Of a DNA stretch of 64,000 nt, positions 39,677 to 47,861 are shown in pieces. The notes under the pieces are model-generated. The model was not told the DNA's origin, did no database searches, and saw only the letters and a list, made by a program, of their open reading frames with translations. A program made the translations under genes and the position numbers. The stretch lies in the sequence record PX880100.1. One strand, given 5' to 3'. Numbering within the stretch: position 1 is the first letter of the stretch; each line of letters opens with the position of its first letter. This stretch comes from a phage.

Positions 39677-39705
39677 AGTATATACCTAAGCGGCGAAAAT
39701 GTCAA
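39677..39705 (-). promoter_or_regulatory. second promoter between the two ligase genes
   Basis: Minus strand: TTGACA, 17-bp spacer, TATACT. Confidence 0.45.
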
Positions 39706-39755
39706 TAACCACTTTATAATTCCGATATGGTAGATGGGTAGCAAAGGGTTATGTA

Positions 39756-40730
39756 TTAATCGTATACTCGTTCTACTATGCATGGGATTACACCACCAGC
39801 ACGAATCACTCGAATCTGGCAACCGATCTCTAGATCAAGAGAGTTAATATAATCAACGTTATTAAGAGTCGCTTTAACAATTGTAGCATCATCAATAATT
39901 ACTGGTTCAAAATAACCTACTGGAGTTACTTTACCAGAAGCCCCTACCTGCCATTCAACTTTAGTAAGAGTTGTAATCTCGCCTTCTTCATCCTCTTTAA
40001 TGGCGAATGCTCCACGAGGGAATTTATTAGTCCAGCCTTCACGGAAGAATTTGTTGTTGTCATTAATACGAACAACTTTACCGTCCGTCGGAATCCATTT
40101 AAAAAAGGAACGCACATTAACAACTGTTAAGAAGTTCTCATTCTCTAGCCAAAGCATATCTTTTAAATATGCTTCTGTAATACCTACAGATTCAGCAGAA
40201 CACTGGATACCGTATGCAACGAAGATTAAGCCACCTTCCCCGATACGTTGTACGAAATCATCGCTATCTTTGAGGTTAATAGCACCAGAGGCAAAGTTAC
40301 GTTTATTTTCTACTTCTTTTGTAATTAGAACTTCACCAGTGATTTGAGTAGGTACTTTTTGGGAAATCTTTTTAGGGATGTTCAGCAATCTTACGTTGCT
40401 TGTGACATCATTTCCCAGAATACCGTTACCACGAGTTAATGCTTGAACAAATTCACCGTTAATATATAATAGAGAAATTGCACAACCATCTAACTTATCT
40501 GTTTCTACCTGACCTAAAGGATTAAATGGTGGTTTATCCCCACGATTATAATAAACTTTCTGTAAAGAATACATACGGTACAGATGTGGAATATCACCCT
40601 TAGGCCCGATCTCTTCTTCTAATGGGAAGCGTTTTACCAGGCAATCATACTCCTCATCAGAGATTAAAGACATGCCTTGATAATATGCTTCTTGACAACG
40701 CTTAATAAAGCCTTTTACATTATTCATCAT
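39756..40730 (-). CDS. ligA: NAD-dependent DNA ligase, N-terminal adenylation subunit (324 aa)
   Basis: KxDG adenylation motif (ETDKLDGCAISLLY) and OB-fold region; separate ORF from the C-terminal subunit, with about 200 bp of promoter-containing spacer between them. Confidence 0.8.
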   Translation of the reverse strand: MMNNVKGFIKRCQEAYYQGMSLISDEEYDCLVKRFPLEEEIGPKGDIPHLYRMYSLQKVYYNRGDKPPFNPLGQVETDKLDGCAISLLYINGEFVQALTRGNGILGNDVTSNVRLLNIPKKISQKVPTQITGEVLITKEVENKRNFASGAINLKDSDDFVQRIGEGGLIFVAYGIQCSAESVGITEAYLKDMLWLENENFLTVVNVRSFFKWIPTDGKVVRINDNNKFFREGWTNKFPRGAFAIKEDEEGEITTLTKVEWQVGASGKVTPVGYFEPVIIDDATIVKATLNNVDYINSLDLEIGCQIRVIRAGGVIPCIVERVYD

Positions 40731-40920
40731 CGGCGATTTCCATCTTGAGTTCTTTATTATATTGTGTAACCATATCCATCAAATCAGCAGATTCTTTCAG
40801 AAACGAATCTTTGTACGCCTTTTGATTTACTGTGCCTATGCTATCTTGATAATTAATACGTGCTGTGGAAAGTAGATTAAGTTTTGCTTGAATCTTGGGA
40901 AGTGTTACTGTCATAGCCAT
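40720..40920 (-). CDS. hypothetical protein (66 aa)
   Basis: ATG at 40920 preceded by RBS GAGAGGA and the promoter at 40950-40978; overlaps the ligA start. Confidence 0.35.
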   Translation of the reverse strand: MAMTVTLPKIQAKLNLLSTARINYQDSIGTVNQKAYKDSFLKESADLMDMVTQYNKELKMEIADDE

Positions 40921-40949
40921 GATTGATCCTCTCATTAATTTATATAAAT

Positions 40950-40978
40950 ATTATATAACAAAACTGAGTTGAAAGCAA
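40950..40978 (-). promoter_or_regulatory. sigma70-type promoter
   Basis: Minus strand: TTGCTT, 17-bp spacer, TATAAT, then leader ATTTATATAAATTAATGAGAGGA. Confidence 0.6.
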
Positions 40979-40987
40979 ATACATTTA

Positions 40988-41021
40988 TAAAGAAAAAGCC
41001 AAGAACTAGGCATTCTTGGCT
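40988..41021 (-). terminator. rho-independent terminator at the 3' end of the PC4-like gene
   Basis: 9-bp stem AGCCAAGAA/TTCTTGGCT overlapping the stop codon, followed on the minus strand by TTTTTCTTT. Confidence 0.6.
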
Positions 41022-41314
41022 TTTAGTTCTTCAGCTCGTTTCTGTACTTCATGTAAAACCTCAGATTCACTAAGAATCTGTGTAAACGCATAGAAAAGCT
41101 GTGATGTTGTTTCTAGGGTGTAAGGAAAAGAGAAGCCAGATTTCGTTGGAAACCATTCATCATTAATATCAAGAAGCCAGTAACGAATACCCATGTATAG
41201 ATTCCCACGAAATTCAGATACTGTTAATCTTACTTGTTCCCCCTCCTTCTCCCAAAGTATGATGGACTGGTCATCAACGTGTCCTTCATAGTTTTGATTT
41301 ACCTGTTCGCTCAT
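41006..41314 (-). CDS. PC4/Sub1-like ssDNA-binding protein (102 aa)
   Basis: Central segment ILWEKEGEQVRLTVSEFRGNLYMGIRYWLLDINDEWFPTKSGFSFP resembles the PC4 coactivator ssDNA-binding fold; a PC4-like protein has been described in phage T5. Confidence 0.5.
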   Translation of the reverse strand: MSEQVNQNYEGHVDDQSIILWEKEGEQVRLTVSEFRGNLYMGIRYWLLDINDEWFPTKSGFSFPYTLETTSQLFYAFTQILSESEVLHEVQKRAEELKAKNA

Positions 41315-41364
41315 TTACATATCCCAAATACACAAAAAGCCCCATATAGGGGCTAATTGTTTTC

Positions 41365-41661
41365 TTATCGGCCTACTGGAGAAGCACGATCTAACTCTGA
41401 TTGGAGGCTAGTCACACGACGGACTTTCTCGACAGGAATAAAACGGAAGCTATCATTAGTACGAGAGAAGACAAGGATTTCATCATCTTTCGCTTTACGG
41501 ATACGTTCGCGTTTAATACGCTCAGCCAGATATTTATCTTGGGCCGGATCAAATTCCATTGTACCCTGAAGGTACGTGGTTCCTTTCTGACGAAGTTTCT
41601 CGTAATGAAGATAAAACTCACCAAATTTTTCGCACTGTGCAATAATTTCAGCTTTAGTCAT
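41365..41661 (-). CDS. hypothetical protein (98 aa)
   Basis: ATG at 41661; followed by a hairpin (AGCCCC/GGGGCT) plus T-run terminator at about 41322-41345. Confidence 0.35.
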   Translation of the reverse strand: MTKAEIIAQCEKFGEFYLHYEKLRQKGTTYLQGTMEFDPAQDKYLAERIKRERIRKAKDDEILVFSRTNDSFRFIPVEKVRRVTSLQSELDRASPVGR

Positions 41662-41698
41662 AGCTATAGTTCCTTTTGTTGGTGGATTTATCTAAATA

Positions 41699-42109
41699 TT
41701 ACTTAGTGATAGCTCGGATTGCTTCTGCCAGATGAGCAGCCGCTTTACCGGTCAGTTTGTCGATAATTGCATCATCCAGAAAATCTGGTGCTAGGCCAGC
41801 ATCAGAGAATGCTGAACGAAGGTCGGCATGAGCTTGGGCTTTGGAAGTACGAGAACCGCCAGAAGCTTTTTCTCCAGTAGATGCGCTAGATTTAGAAGCA
41901 GAGCCAGCAGCTTTCTTGATATACAAACCTGCTTTAGTCAGCTTCATACGAAAACCGTTCGGAGTTACACCATTTTCCTGGGCAATTTCGCTAACAATTT
42001 CCATGCTAACACCCGGACGTTCATCCTCTGGGAATTGCTCCATACGAGCAACGTATTCGGAAGACATTTTTTCGAACAGTTCATCAGTCCACTGAGTTGG
42101 AGTAGTCAT
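41699..42109 (-). CDS. putative DNA-binding protein (136 aa) sharing a module with ORF 38023-38790
   Basis: Segments VSMEIVSEIAQENGVTPNGFRMKLTKAGL and DAIIDKLTGKAAAHLAEAIRAI resemble the repeated module of the 255 aa protein; first gene after the promoter at 42167-42195. Confidence 0.35.
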   Translation of the reverse strand: MTTPTQWTDELFEKMSSEYVARMEQFPEDERPGVSMEIVSEIAQENGVTPNGFRMKLTKAGLYIKKAAGSASKSSASTGEKASGGSRTSKAQAHADLRSAFSDAGLAPDFLDDAIIDKLTGKAAAHLAEAIRAITK

Positions 42110-42166
42110 ATTTTATATTTCCTTAATTAAGAATTAAACAGAATAGTTCTTTCAAACTATGAGAAT

Positions 42167-42195
42167 ATTATATCAAGAATTATAGGATTAAGCAA
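42167..42195 (-). promoter_or_regulatory. sigma70-type promoter
   Basis: Minus strand: TTGCTT, 17-bp spacer, TATAAT. Confidence 0.6.
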
Positions 42196-42212
42196 CTGAA
42201 ATTTTTCAGTAG

Positions 42213-42488
42213 TTACTCCACCAGGCCAACAGCGAGCATATCATCAATGCTGGCAATCTCCCAATCGTCGGCAATAGCTTCGCATACTGTTAATGTAACA
42301 ATCTCACTATAGGGATAATTACCAGCTACCCAGGTATGTTGGGTAACTACATCCGAATCAGTATCCAAAGTTAATAATACTAAACCGTTATTATCGTTAT
42401 TCCAACTTTTACGATACACGGTTTTTGTTTCACCATCTTTGAGCAAATCTGTTAGTTTACTCACGGCGTTTTCCTTTTTCTTTATCAA
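42213..42488 (-). CDS. hypothetical protein (83-91 aa)
   Basis: Track start is TTG; an in-frame GTG at 42464 with RBS AAGGAAA looks more plausible. Confidence 0.3.
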   Translation of the reverse strand: MIKKKENAVSKLTDLLKDGETKTVYRKSWNNDNNGLVLLTLDTDSDVVTQHTWVAGNYPYSEIVTLTVCEAIADDWEIASIDDMLAVGLVE

Positions 42489-43161
42489 GTTTCAGGGCAG
42501 CCTTAACAGCTTCGTTAATCAACGTAATAATTTCTTCACGAGTCCATTTATACCCCAGAGACTTTACATCAACCCCTAGCTTTTCCAGATGTTTAACAGA
42601 GGCCAACTCGTAATTCATATAATGAACGTTCTGTTGTTTGCCTTCTGATAAAAGCCATACACGGTAGCAACCAACAGGATTATCCATTGCTTTTTTGATT
42701 TCACCGATACACTGGTATCCAGGAACCCAAACAAGCTCACCAACTGCAAATTCTTCTGCTACAGCATCATCAGGAATAATCGGAGGATTCAATGGATCTA
42801 CAATATCATTCAAACGAAGTAGAGCACCGTAGCGTTCCAGAACAGATTTAACCATTGCTACAGAGCGATAATTACGATCGGCAATTTCTTCAAAAGAATC
42901 ACCAGATAAATACTGCTCAATAACGTTGGCTAACTCGATGCCTTCAATAAGTGTGCCACGTTTCTTTTTCTTCATTTCGGCAACTTGAATCTGGCGGTCT
43001 TGCCATTCTTCAATCATCCTTTCCATAGTTGGATTGGATGATACGCCGAGCATTTCACATGCTGCTTTCTTAGTACCACCGTTCTCCAGATGCTCTATAA
43101 CCTTTTTAAAGACTTCATCCGGAATTTCATGGATATGTTTCTTTCTACGAGAACCAGCCAT
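42457..43161 (-). CDS. putative HTH transcriptional regulator (234 aa)
   Basis: Two helix-turn-helix-like segments (TKKAACEMLGVSSNPTMERM; SFEEIADRNYRSVAMVKSVLERYG); ATG at 43161 preceded by RBS GAGAGGAG and the PN25-like promoter. Confidence 0.4.
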   Translation of the reverse strand: MAGSRRKKHIHEIPDEVFKKVIEHLENGGTKKAACEMLGVSSNPTMERMIEEWQDRQIQVAEMKKKKRGTLIEGIELANVIEQYLSGDSFEEIADRNYRSVAMVKSVLERYGALLRLNDIVDPLNPPIIPDDAVAEEFAVGELVWVPGYQCIGEIKKAMDNPVGCYRVWLLSEGKQQNVHYMNYELASVKHLEKLGVDVKSLGYKWTREEIITLINEAVKAALKLDKEKGKRRE

Positions 43162-43192
43162 ATTTAAACTCCTCTCTCAAATTTATGAATCT

Positions 43193-43221
43193 ATTATACA
43201 GAAATTTTTTGCACTATGCAA
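43193..43221 (-). promoter_or_regulatory. strong sigma70 promoter closely resembling the phage T5 PN25 promoter
   Basis: Minus strand reads AAAAATTTATTTGCATAGTGCAAAAAATTTCTGTATAATAGATTCATAAATTTGAGAGAGGAG: TTGCAT, 17-bp spacer, TATAAT, with the PN25-type AT-rich upstream block and CATAAATTTGAGAGAGGAG leader. Confidence 0.7.
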
Positions 43222-43229
43222 ATAAATTT

Positions 43230-43496
43230 TTACGATTCCTTGAGTAAAGAAGCAAGTTCAGCATAGACTTTATCTAACTCAAAGCCGATGCGAAGAGACA
43301 CGTTTGTTTTCCGTTGTTTAAGTAACCACTCGGATATGTTAGGGATGCCAGCTAATCTATGCGGTACCACCCTACATAGCTTTTCCGAAGTGTCGTAAAC
43401 AGGAACTTTACGTTCCTTTACTGGGAACTTCCTTGTTTCCCATTTTTTATTCTTCACTGTCATTTCTAGCACCCAGCTCTGCCATTGCTTCATCAT
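43230..43496 (-). CDS. hypothetical protein (88 aa)
   Basis: Start moved to ATG 43496 (MMKQWQ...) with GGAGA upstream; overlaps the 3' end of the large helicase gene. Confidence 0.3.
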   Translation of the reverse strand: MMKQWQSWVLEMTVKNKKWETRKFPVKERKVPVYDTSEKLCRVVPHRLAGIPNISEWLLKQRKTNVSLRIGFELDKVYAELASLLKES

Positions 43497-46236
43497 GCAT
43501 ATGTTTCTCCTCATCAGTCATAAACTTATACGGGATTGGCATACACTCGATTTTACAATAGGTTCTGTACCAGTCTACAATATTCTCCGTGTTCATATCC
43601 TTACCAATACCCATCATACCAAGATACATTCTTGCATATTTTGGGTTAGCACTCTGACCTGTTTTAAGGAAGAAATCTTTCTTCTTACCTTTCAGAGCTT
43701 CTATGAATGGTTTGATAGTGACATTTGAACACTTCTTAATATCTTCCCAGAACATCTCGTGCATCTTATGGAAGAATGCAGCTCGATCATTCGGTTTATC
43801 CTTGATATATTGTTCAACATGCTCAACTGTTACATCTTTAATAGACTCAAGATGATAGTAGCGAACAAGAAGTAGTTTAGCTTCATACGCATCTGCATGG
43901 CGTGGAGCACAATAATCAGGAGTTGAATACAAAATAGCTTTGATTCGCTCTTCCGTATATTCCTTCCCAGCACCTTCGATAGTTCCCCAGCTTTCACTGA
44001 AAATATCAATAGTTGCACCCTGATCAAGCAAGTAATAACGTAAAGTACTAGTATAATTCCTAGACTCCAGCTCCCTGCGACGTGCGTATAATTGCTGTGC
44101 TAACTCCAGCCAACCTTCATCAATGTTATATTGCTCAGAACCTGCGGAGAATCCACTCGTAGATTTATCAATAAAATAATAAATGTTCTGAGCGCCACGG
44201 TCGCGCCTGATTGCTTGGAAACGCATGTTTGGCGCTTGGTTGCTGGTTCTAGTAATAACGAATACGTTATCAAAATAGTTGAAATCAACACCACTAGTTA
44301 CGGATGGGCTACATAATAAGCAATCAATTTGTTGGTCAATTAGCTCATTAGTTGTGTAATCCAGAATACGTCGAATATCCACATCAGATGTGGAGTTTGA
44401 GTGGATTTCCTTAACTAACGCACCCGTATTACGACGCAGCGCCATGCCCTTCTCATTCAGTTCATCAGGACCACAATCAGATACCAGAATAGATTTCTCA
44501 CCCATTTCTAGAGAAGTCTGAAGTGCAACCCAAATACTGGATTCATCCGGGAACTCATAAGCATGAGCTTTTGACAGCATCTTACGGTGATGATTATAAA
44601 ATGCTACTGGTTTATCAAACTCAATCAAAGAGCCATATGCTTCAATTGTTTCTGCACTAATATCCCCATCAGATAATATAATAATTTTTGCAGTTGCAAG
44701 AATGTCCCGAAGAACCTGAATACATTCACGACGTTGTTTAACAACCGGGGCGAATAATAGGTCATTCATTACAGCATCACATTCATCGATAAAGATTGCA
44801 TCAATTTGACCAATAAAACTCTTGAACTTATGCAAAGAGTGAATAGTTGTGGACATACGGTCAATAGCACCACGCTTAAAATTAAGCATATCTACAGACT
44901 TATCATATTGTCCTGCACTGAATTTCTTAGCATTTGAAGACACCAGCGCTCTAGTATTGGTAATTGCTAAGAAATTACCTTTAATAACTCCCGAATCTAA
45001 CCAACGCACAACCGCCGTAGTTTTACCTGTACCTAGACTTGCTTTTACAAAAGTCATATAACCTTCTGGTGGCACAGTATTTAATTTCAAGAAGTTATCA
45101 GTTTCTAGAGAATTAGTTTCTAGCTTTTTAAGTGGAATACCTTTTAAAACATCTGGTATATCACGTTTAGAATTATTAACAAATGCTTTCAGAGCCTGTT
45201 TACGACCATTATTAAAGTAATCTTGAATATTGCGACTATTATCTTTAGTTGCAATATATTCTGATAAGGCTGGACGAATTTCTTTTTCTAGCCATGCAAA
45301 ATCAACACCATCCTCCAAAGCTCTATGATAGAGTTTAGGGATAATACGTAGATACACCCCATCCTCAGCTTCTTCTAGTTCGCTGATAGTTTCCTCTACT
45401 TTATCAGAGGCAGCTTTTTTACCTTTAATTTGATCGAGTAAAGAGTAAAACTCCTCCTTAAACTCACCTCTAGTTGTTTCATAGTCAACCAGATTATTGG
45501 GTAAATTTACTTTAGAACCCTTAACAAATACCAGACGTGAAGCACCCTCCGCTTTAAACGGATCTACTATACCATCAATAAATAACGGATCTGCAAAATA
45601 ATGGAGCTGTACGGAAGAGTAATAAGCTAAGTCGGCAATATCAAAGCCATACTTTTGTCTACTACTTTCGTTGATAGATGTAAATAAGAATTTGATTTGA
45701 CCCTGAGTTACTTTAACATTAGATTCTAGTATTAAGTGCATTCGGATACCTGGTTTTAGCCCAGCCGAAGACGATGCATGAGCAATAAACCCTGCATCAA
45801 GAGGAAACATATCCTCACTAATACTATTTAACATTCTAATAATATGTCGAGCCATGCCAACAAGATCAAACTTGTTACAACCACCTGTATCTACAATACC
45901 ATCCACGTCCATTGCAATTATATGACTTGGGTTAGATACATTAAAGTTGCCCTTCTTACGTCGCACATTATTTTTAGGTGCAAGACATCGACCTCGTACC
46001 GCAACGATATGAGGGTCAGACGTTAAACGTCTCATAAGAGGAAGCATTTCTACTAGGGTTTGAGGATCAACTTCATCAATTACATCAAACTTGAAGGGCA
46101 TTGAAGCTGGTTTACCTTCAGGATGCTTTGAGGAAAATCTTTTAGCAAAAAGATAGTCTTCTGCTTTAACTTCTCGCCAATTGCCTGTGGCTAAATCGCG
46201 ATGAAATCCTGCATGACCTTGTAGGATTGAGAACAC
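43447..46236 (-). CDS. large P-loop NTPase / putative replication-initiation helicase (929 aa from GTG 46236; track ORF 955 aa from TTG 46314)
   Basis: Walker A FVKASLGTGKTT and Walker B/DExx AIFIDECD in the middle of the protein; N-terminal ~400 aa carries acidic clusters (IIAMDVDGIVDTGG) that could be a primase-polymerase-type domain. GTG 46236 is preceded by AGGAG at a 7-nt spacing. Confidence 0.55.
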   Translation of the reverse strand: MFSILQGHAGFHRDLATGNWREVKAEDYLFAKRFSSKHPEGKPASMPFKFDVIDEVDPQTLVEMLPLMRRLTSDPHIVAVRGRCLAPKNNVRRKKGNFNVSNPSHIIAMDVDGIVDTGGCNKFDLVGMARHIIRMLNSISEDMFPLDAGFIAHASSSAGLKPGIRMHLILESNVKVTQGQIKFLFTSINESSRQKYGFDIADLAYYSSVQLHYFADPLFIDGIVDPFKAEGASRLVFVKGSKVNLPNNLVDYETTRGEFKEEFYSLLDQIKGKKAASDKVEETISELEEAEDGVYLRIIPKLYHRALEDGVDFAWLEKEIRPALSEYIATKDNSRNIQDYFNNGRKQALKAFVNNSKRDIPDVLKGIPLKKLETNSLETDNFLKLNTVPPEGYMTFVKASLGTGKTTAVVRWLDSGVIKGNFLAITNTRALVSSNAKKFSAGQYDKSVDMLNFKRGAIDRMSTTIHSLHKFKSFIGQIDAIFIDECDAVMNDLLFAPVVKQRRECIQVLRDILATAKIIILSDGDISAETIEAYGSLIEFDKPVAFYNHHRKMLSKAHAYEFPDESSIWVALQTSLEMGEKSILVSDCGPDELNEKGMALRRNTGALVKEIHSNSTSDVDIRRILDYTTNELIDQQIDCLLCSPSVTSGVDFNYFDNVFVITRTSNQAPNMRFQAIRRDRGAQNIYYFIDKSTSGFSAGSEQYNIDEGWLELAQQLYARRRELESRNYTSTLRYYLLDQGATIDIFSESWGTIEGAGKEYTEERIKAILYSTPDYCAPRHADAYEAKLLLVRYYHLESIKDVTVEHVEQYIKDKPNDRAAFFHKMHEMFWEDIKKCSNVTIKPFIEALKGKKKDFFLKTGQSANPKYARMYLGMMGIGKDMNTENIVDWYRTYCKIECMPIPYKFMTDEEKHMHDEAMAELGARNDSEE

Positions 46237-46735
46237 AACAATACTCCTGTGTTGGAAATGAAATAAGTTTTCTTTAGGACTATTCAGAAAGAATAGAACA
46301 ACTGTTACTGTCAATTTCTCAACAAATTAATTGCAAATACTGAAGTGGGGTGGCAACTTCCACTTTCACGCTACACTGCCGCTTCACTATACCGCACAAA
46401 TCCTTGAGGATGGCCGCTAAGCCAGATTTGCTCACCTAATGCTTCATGTACTAGCTCATACTAGATGTAGTATACCTTACGTCATCACTTCTCAGAGTTT
46501 TTCACTCTTCCCGTCTCACTTCACAACCACCTCACACTAGGTTGCTTCGAGGCCTTACCAGGGTTCCTACGGGATGTAGATCGCTAAGTATTCTATTAAT
46601 TATTTGTTTAAAAACCAACACGTAACAGTTAAAACAACCCTTAATGGGGCAGCCTAACTGTTCCGTATCGCGGATTGTAAACAAGAAAAATTAGCAAAAT
46701 CAATTTTTACTAATGTCTCTCGATTCAATATAAAT
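46237..46735 (-). other. long ORF-free 5' leader / intergenic region upstream of the large helicase gene
   Basis: About 500 nt between the promoter at 46736-46764 and the helicase start contain only 2-3 codon ORFs and are GC-richer than flanking DNA, with purine-rich GTGA/AGTGA repeats on the transcribed strand. Confidence 0.5.
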
Positions 46736-46764
46736 ATTATATCAAGATTTTGGGCATCCTGCAA
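46736..46764 (-). promoter_or_regulatory. sigma70-type promoter
   Basis: Minus strand: TTGCAG, 17-bp spacer, TATAAT, with AAAATTTT upstream. Confidence 0.5.
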
Positions 46765-46803
46765 GTAAAATTTTCCGGATGGTGCTATCATTGGTCTTGA
46801 GTA

Positions 46804-46831
46804 CGAGTAAAACCGAGCCAAAATGACTCGG
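46804..46831 (-). terminator. terminator-like hairpin after the Sir2/HAD operon
   Basis: Minus strand: stem CCGAG/CTCGG with 9-nt loop followed by TTTTACTCG; short stem, weak. Confidence 0.35.
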
Positions 46832-46840
46832 TTATGTAGA

Positions 46841-47038
46841 TTAGACACTTAAAATACTTCTAATCTCTTCTATATACTTATCTACTTTTTTAGCATCTAC
46901 TTTACTTAGTTTTCCTATGTCAAAATCAGGATCAGTAAACATTCTAGCTATCTCTATCTCTAGAGACTTACTAATTTTCCCTGTAGTATTCCACTTAGAA
47001 ATCTTACCTTTTATCTTCCAAAATTCCTTATTCATCAT
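46841..47038 (-). CDS. hypothetical protein (65 aa)
   Basis: Last ORF of the operon; Lys-rich; ATGATG start at 47038 overlaps the end of the frameshifted paralogue. Confidence 0.35.
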   Translation of the reverse strand: MMNKEFWKIKGKISKWNTTGKISKSLEIEIARMFTDPDFDIGKLSKVDAKKVDKYIEEIRSILSV

Positions 47039-47421
47039 TTAACCCCGGAACATATATCCCAACACGGTTTAATTGTTCTTTAGCTTCTTTGAGAATATCT
47101 GGAGTGTACTCCCAAATATCATCTTCCACCTGTAAAAAAATGGGGCGAACAACCATCATCCGGCACACGACATATGGCCAAACAACGTGGATGGAACAAA
47201 GAGAAATTTAGGGCAACAATTAAACCCATAGCAGACAATTCATTCCAATCCAATTCCCATTCCCCGGCGTATCCAGACAGGAAAACGCCAATGCATGGAT
47301 CATCTATTTGCTGCTCAGGAAAAGTGAAAGAGACTTGTCTTACCCCCAACCAACGTTGTAGCAGCTTCTCCGCACGTTTCACCAAACTAGGATCAATCTG
47401 ACGCCAATATACTTGTTCCAT
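47028..47421 (-). pseudogene. frameshifted paralogue of ORF 47431-47859 (frame change at an A7/T7 run at 47134-47140)
   Basis: Track ORF 47119-47421 aligns with the neighbouring paralogue only up to SPHFF, then stops; the homologous C-terminus (LQVEDDIWEYTPDILKEAKEQLNRVGIYVPGLNDE vs FQVNERYGWSYSPEEVNDGIQKLRRFGYMIPGLTA) continues in another frame from the homopolymer run to 47028. Confidence 0.55.
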
Positions 47422-47430
47422 TCTGCCTCC

Positions 47431-47859
47431 TTAAGCAGTTAAACCTGGGATCATATACCCGAAACGGCGAAGTTTTTGGATACCATCATTCACTTCTTCT
47501 GGTGAGTAAGACCAACCATAACGTTCATTAACCTGAAAACCAGGAGATTCACTAGTTTTATAGTTAACAACGAGGCGATGCTTAGCAGACATAAACAGCT
47601 TATAGTTTAACGCAAAAACTAAGCCCATTTCATCTAACTCTTTCCAGCCGACAATCTCTTCAAGGCCCTCTTCTACCTGAACAATTAAACCAATACAGGG
47701 GGCCTCATCAATATCATCTTTAAAAGCAAAGGAGATTTCGTTATTCTCACACCATATTTTCAAGGAGTTAATAGCCTCATTATACAGGCTAGCCGGGAGA
47801 GTACGCCAAAAGTTAACCAAAATTGGGTTAGCTTCTTTAGAGAAGACATTATTAAACAT
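47431..47859 (-). CDS. hypothetical protein (142 aa), intact paralogue
   Basis: Shares the central motif PCIG(L/V).....(V/S)GWKELDEMGL(V/I)(F/V)ALN with the frameshifted neighbour. Confidence 0.45.
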   Translation of the reverse strand: MFNNVFSKEANPILVNFWRTLPASLYNEAINSLKIWCENNEISFAFKDDIDEAPCIGLIVQVEEGLEEIVGWKELDEMGLVFALNYKLFMSAKHRLVVNYKTSESPGFQVNERYGWSYSPEEVNDGIQKLRRFGYMIPGLTA

Positions 47860-47861
47860 AT

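Noticed and set aside
39554-39755. Spacer between the two ligase halves, considered as an intron or intein remnant
   Set aside because: It contains two complete promoter-like elements and an RBS for the downstream half; it shows no group I/II intron structure and neither half has intein motifs.
46654-46848. 64 aa minus-strand ORF in the six-frame track
   Set aside because: Starts at GTG without an RBS, and its body spans a terminator-like hairpin (46804-46831) and a complete promoter (46736-46764); it is more likely non-coding leader.
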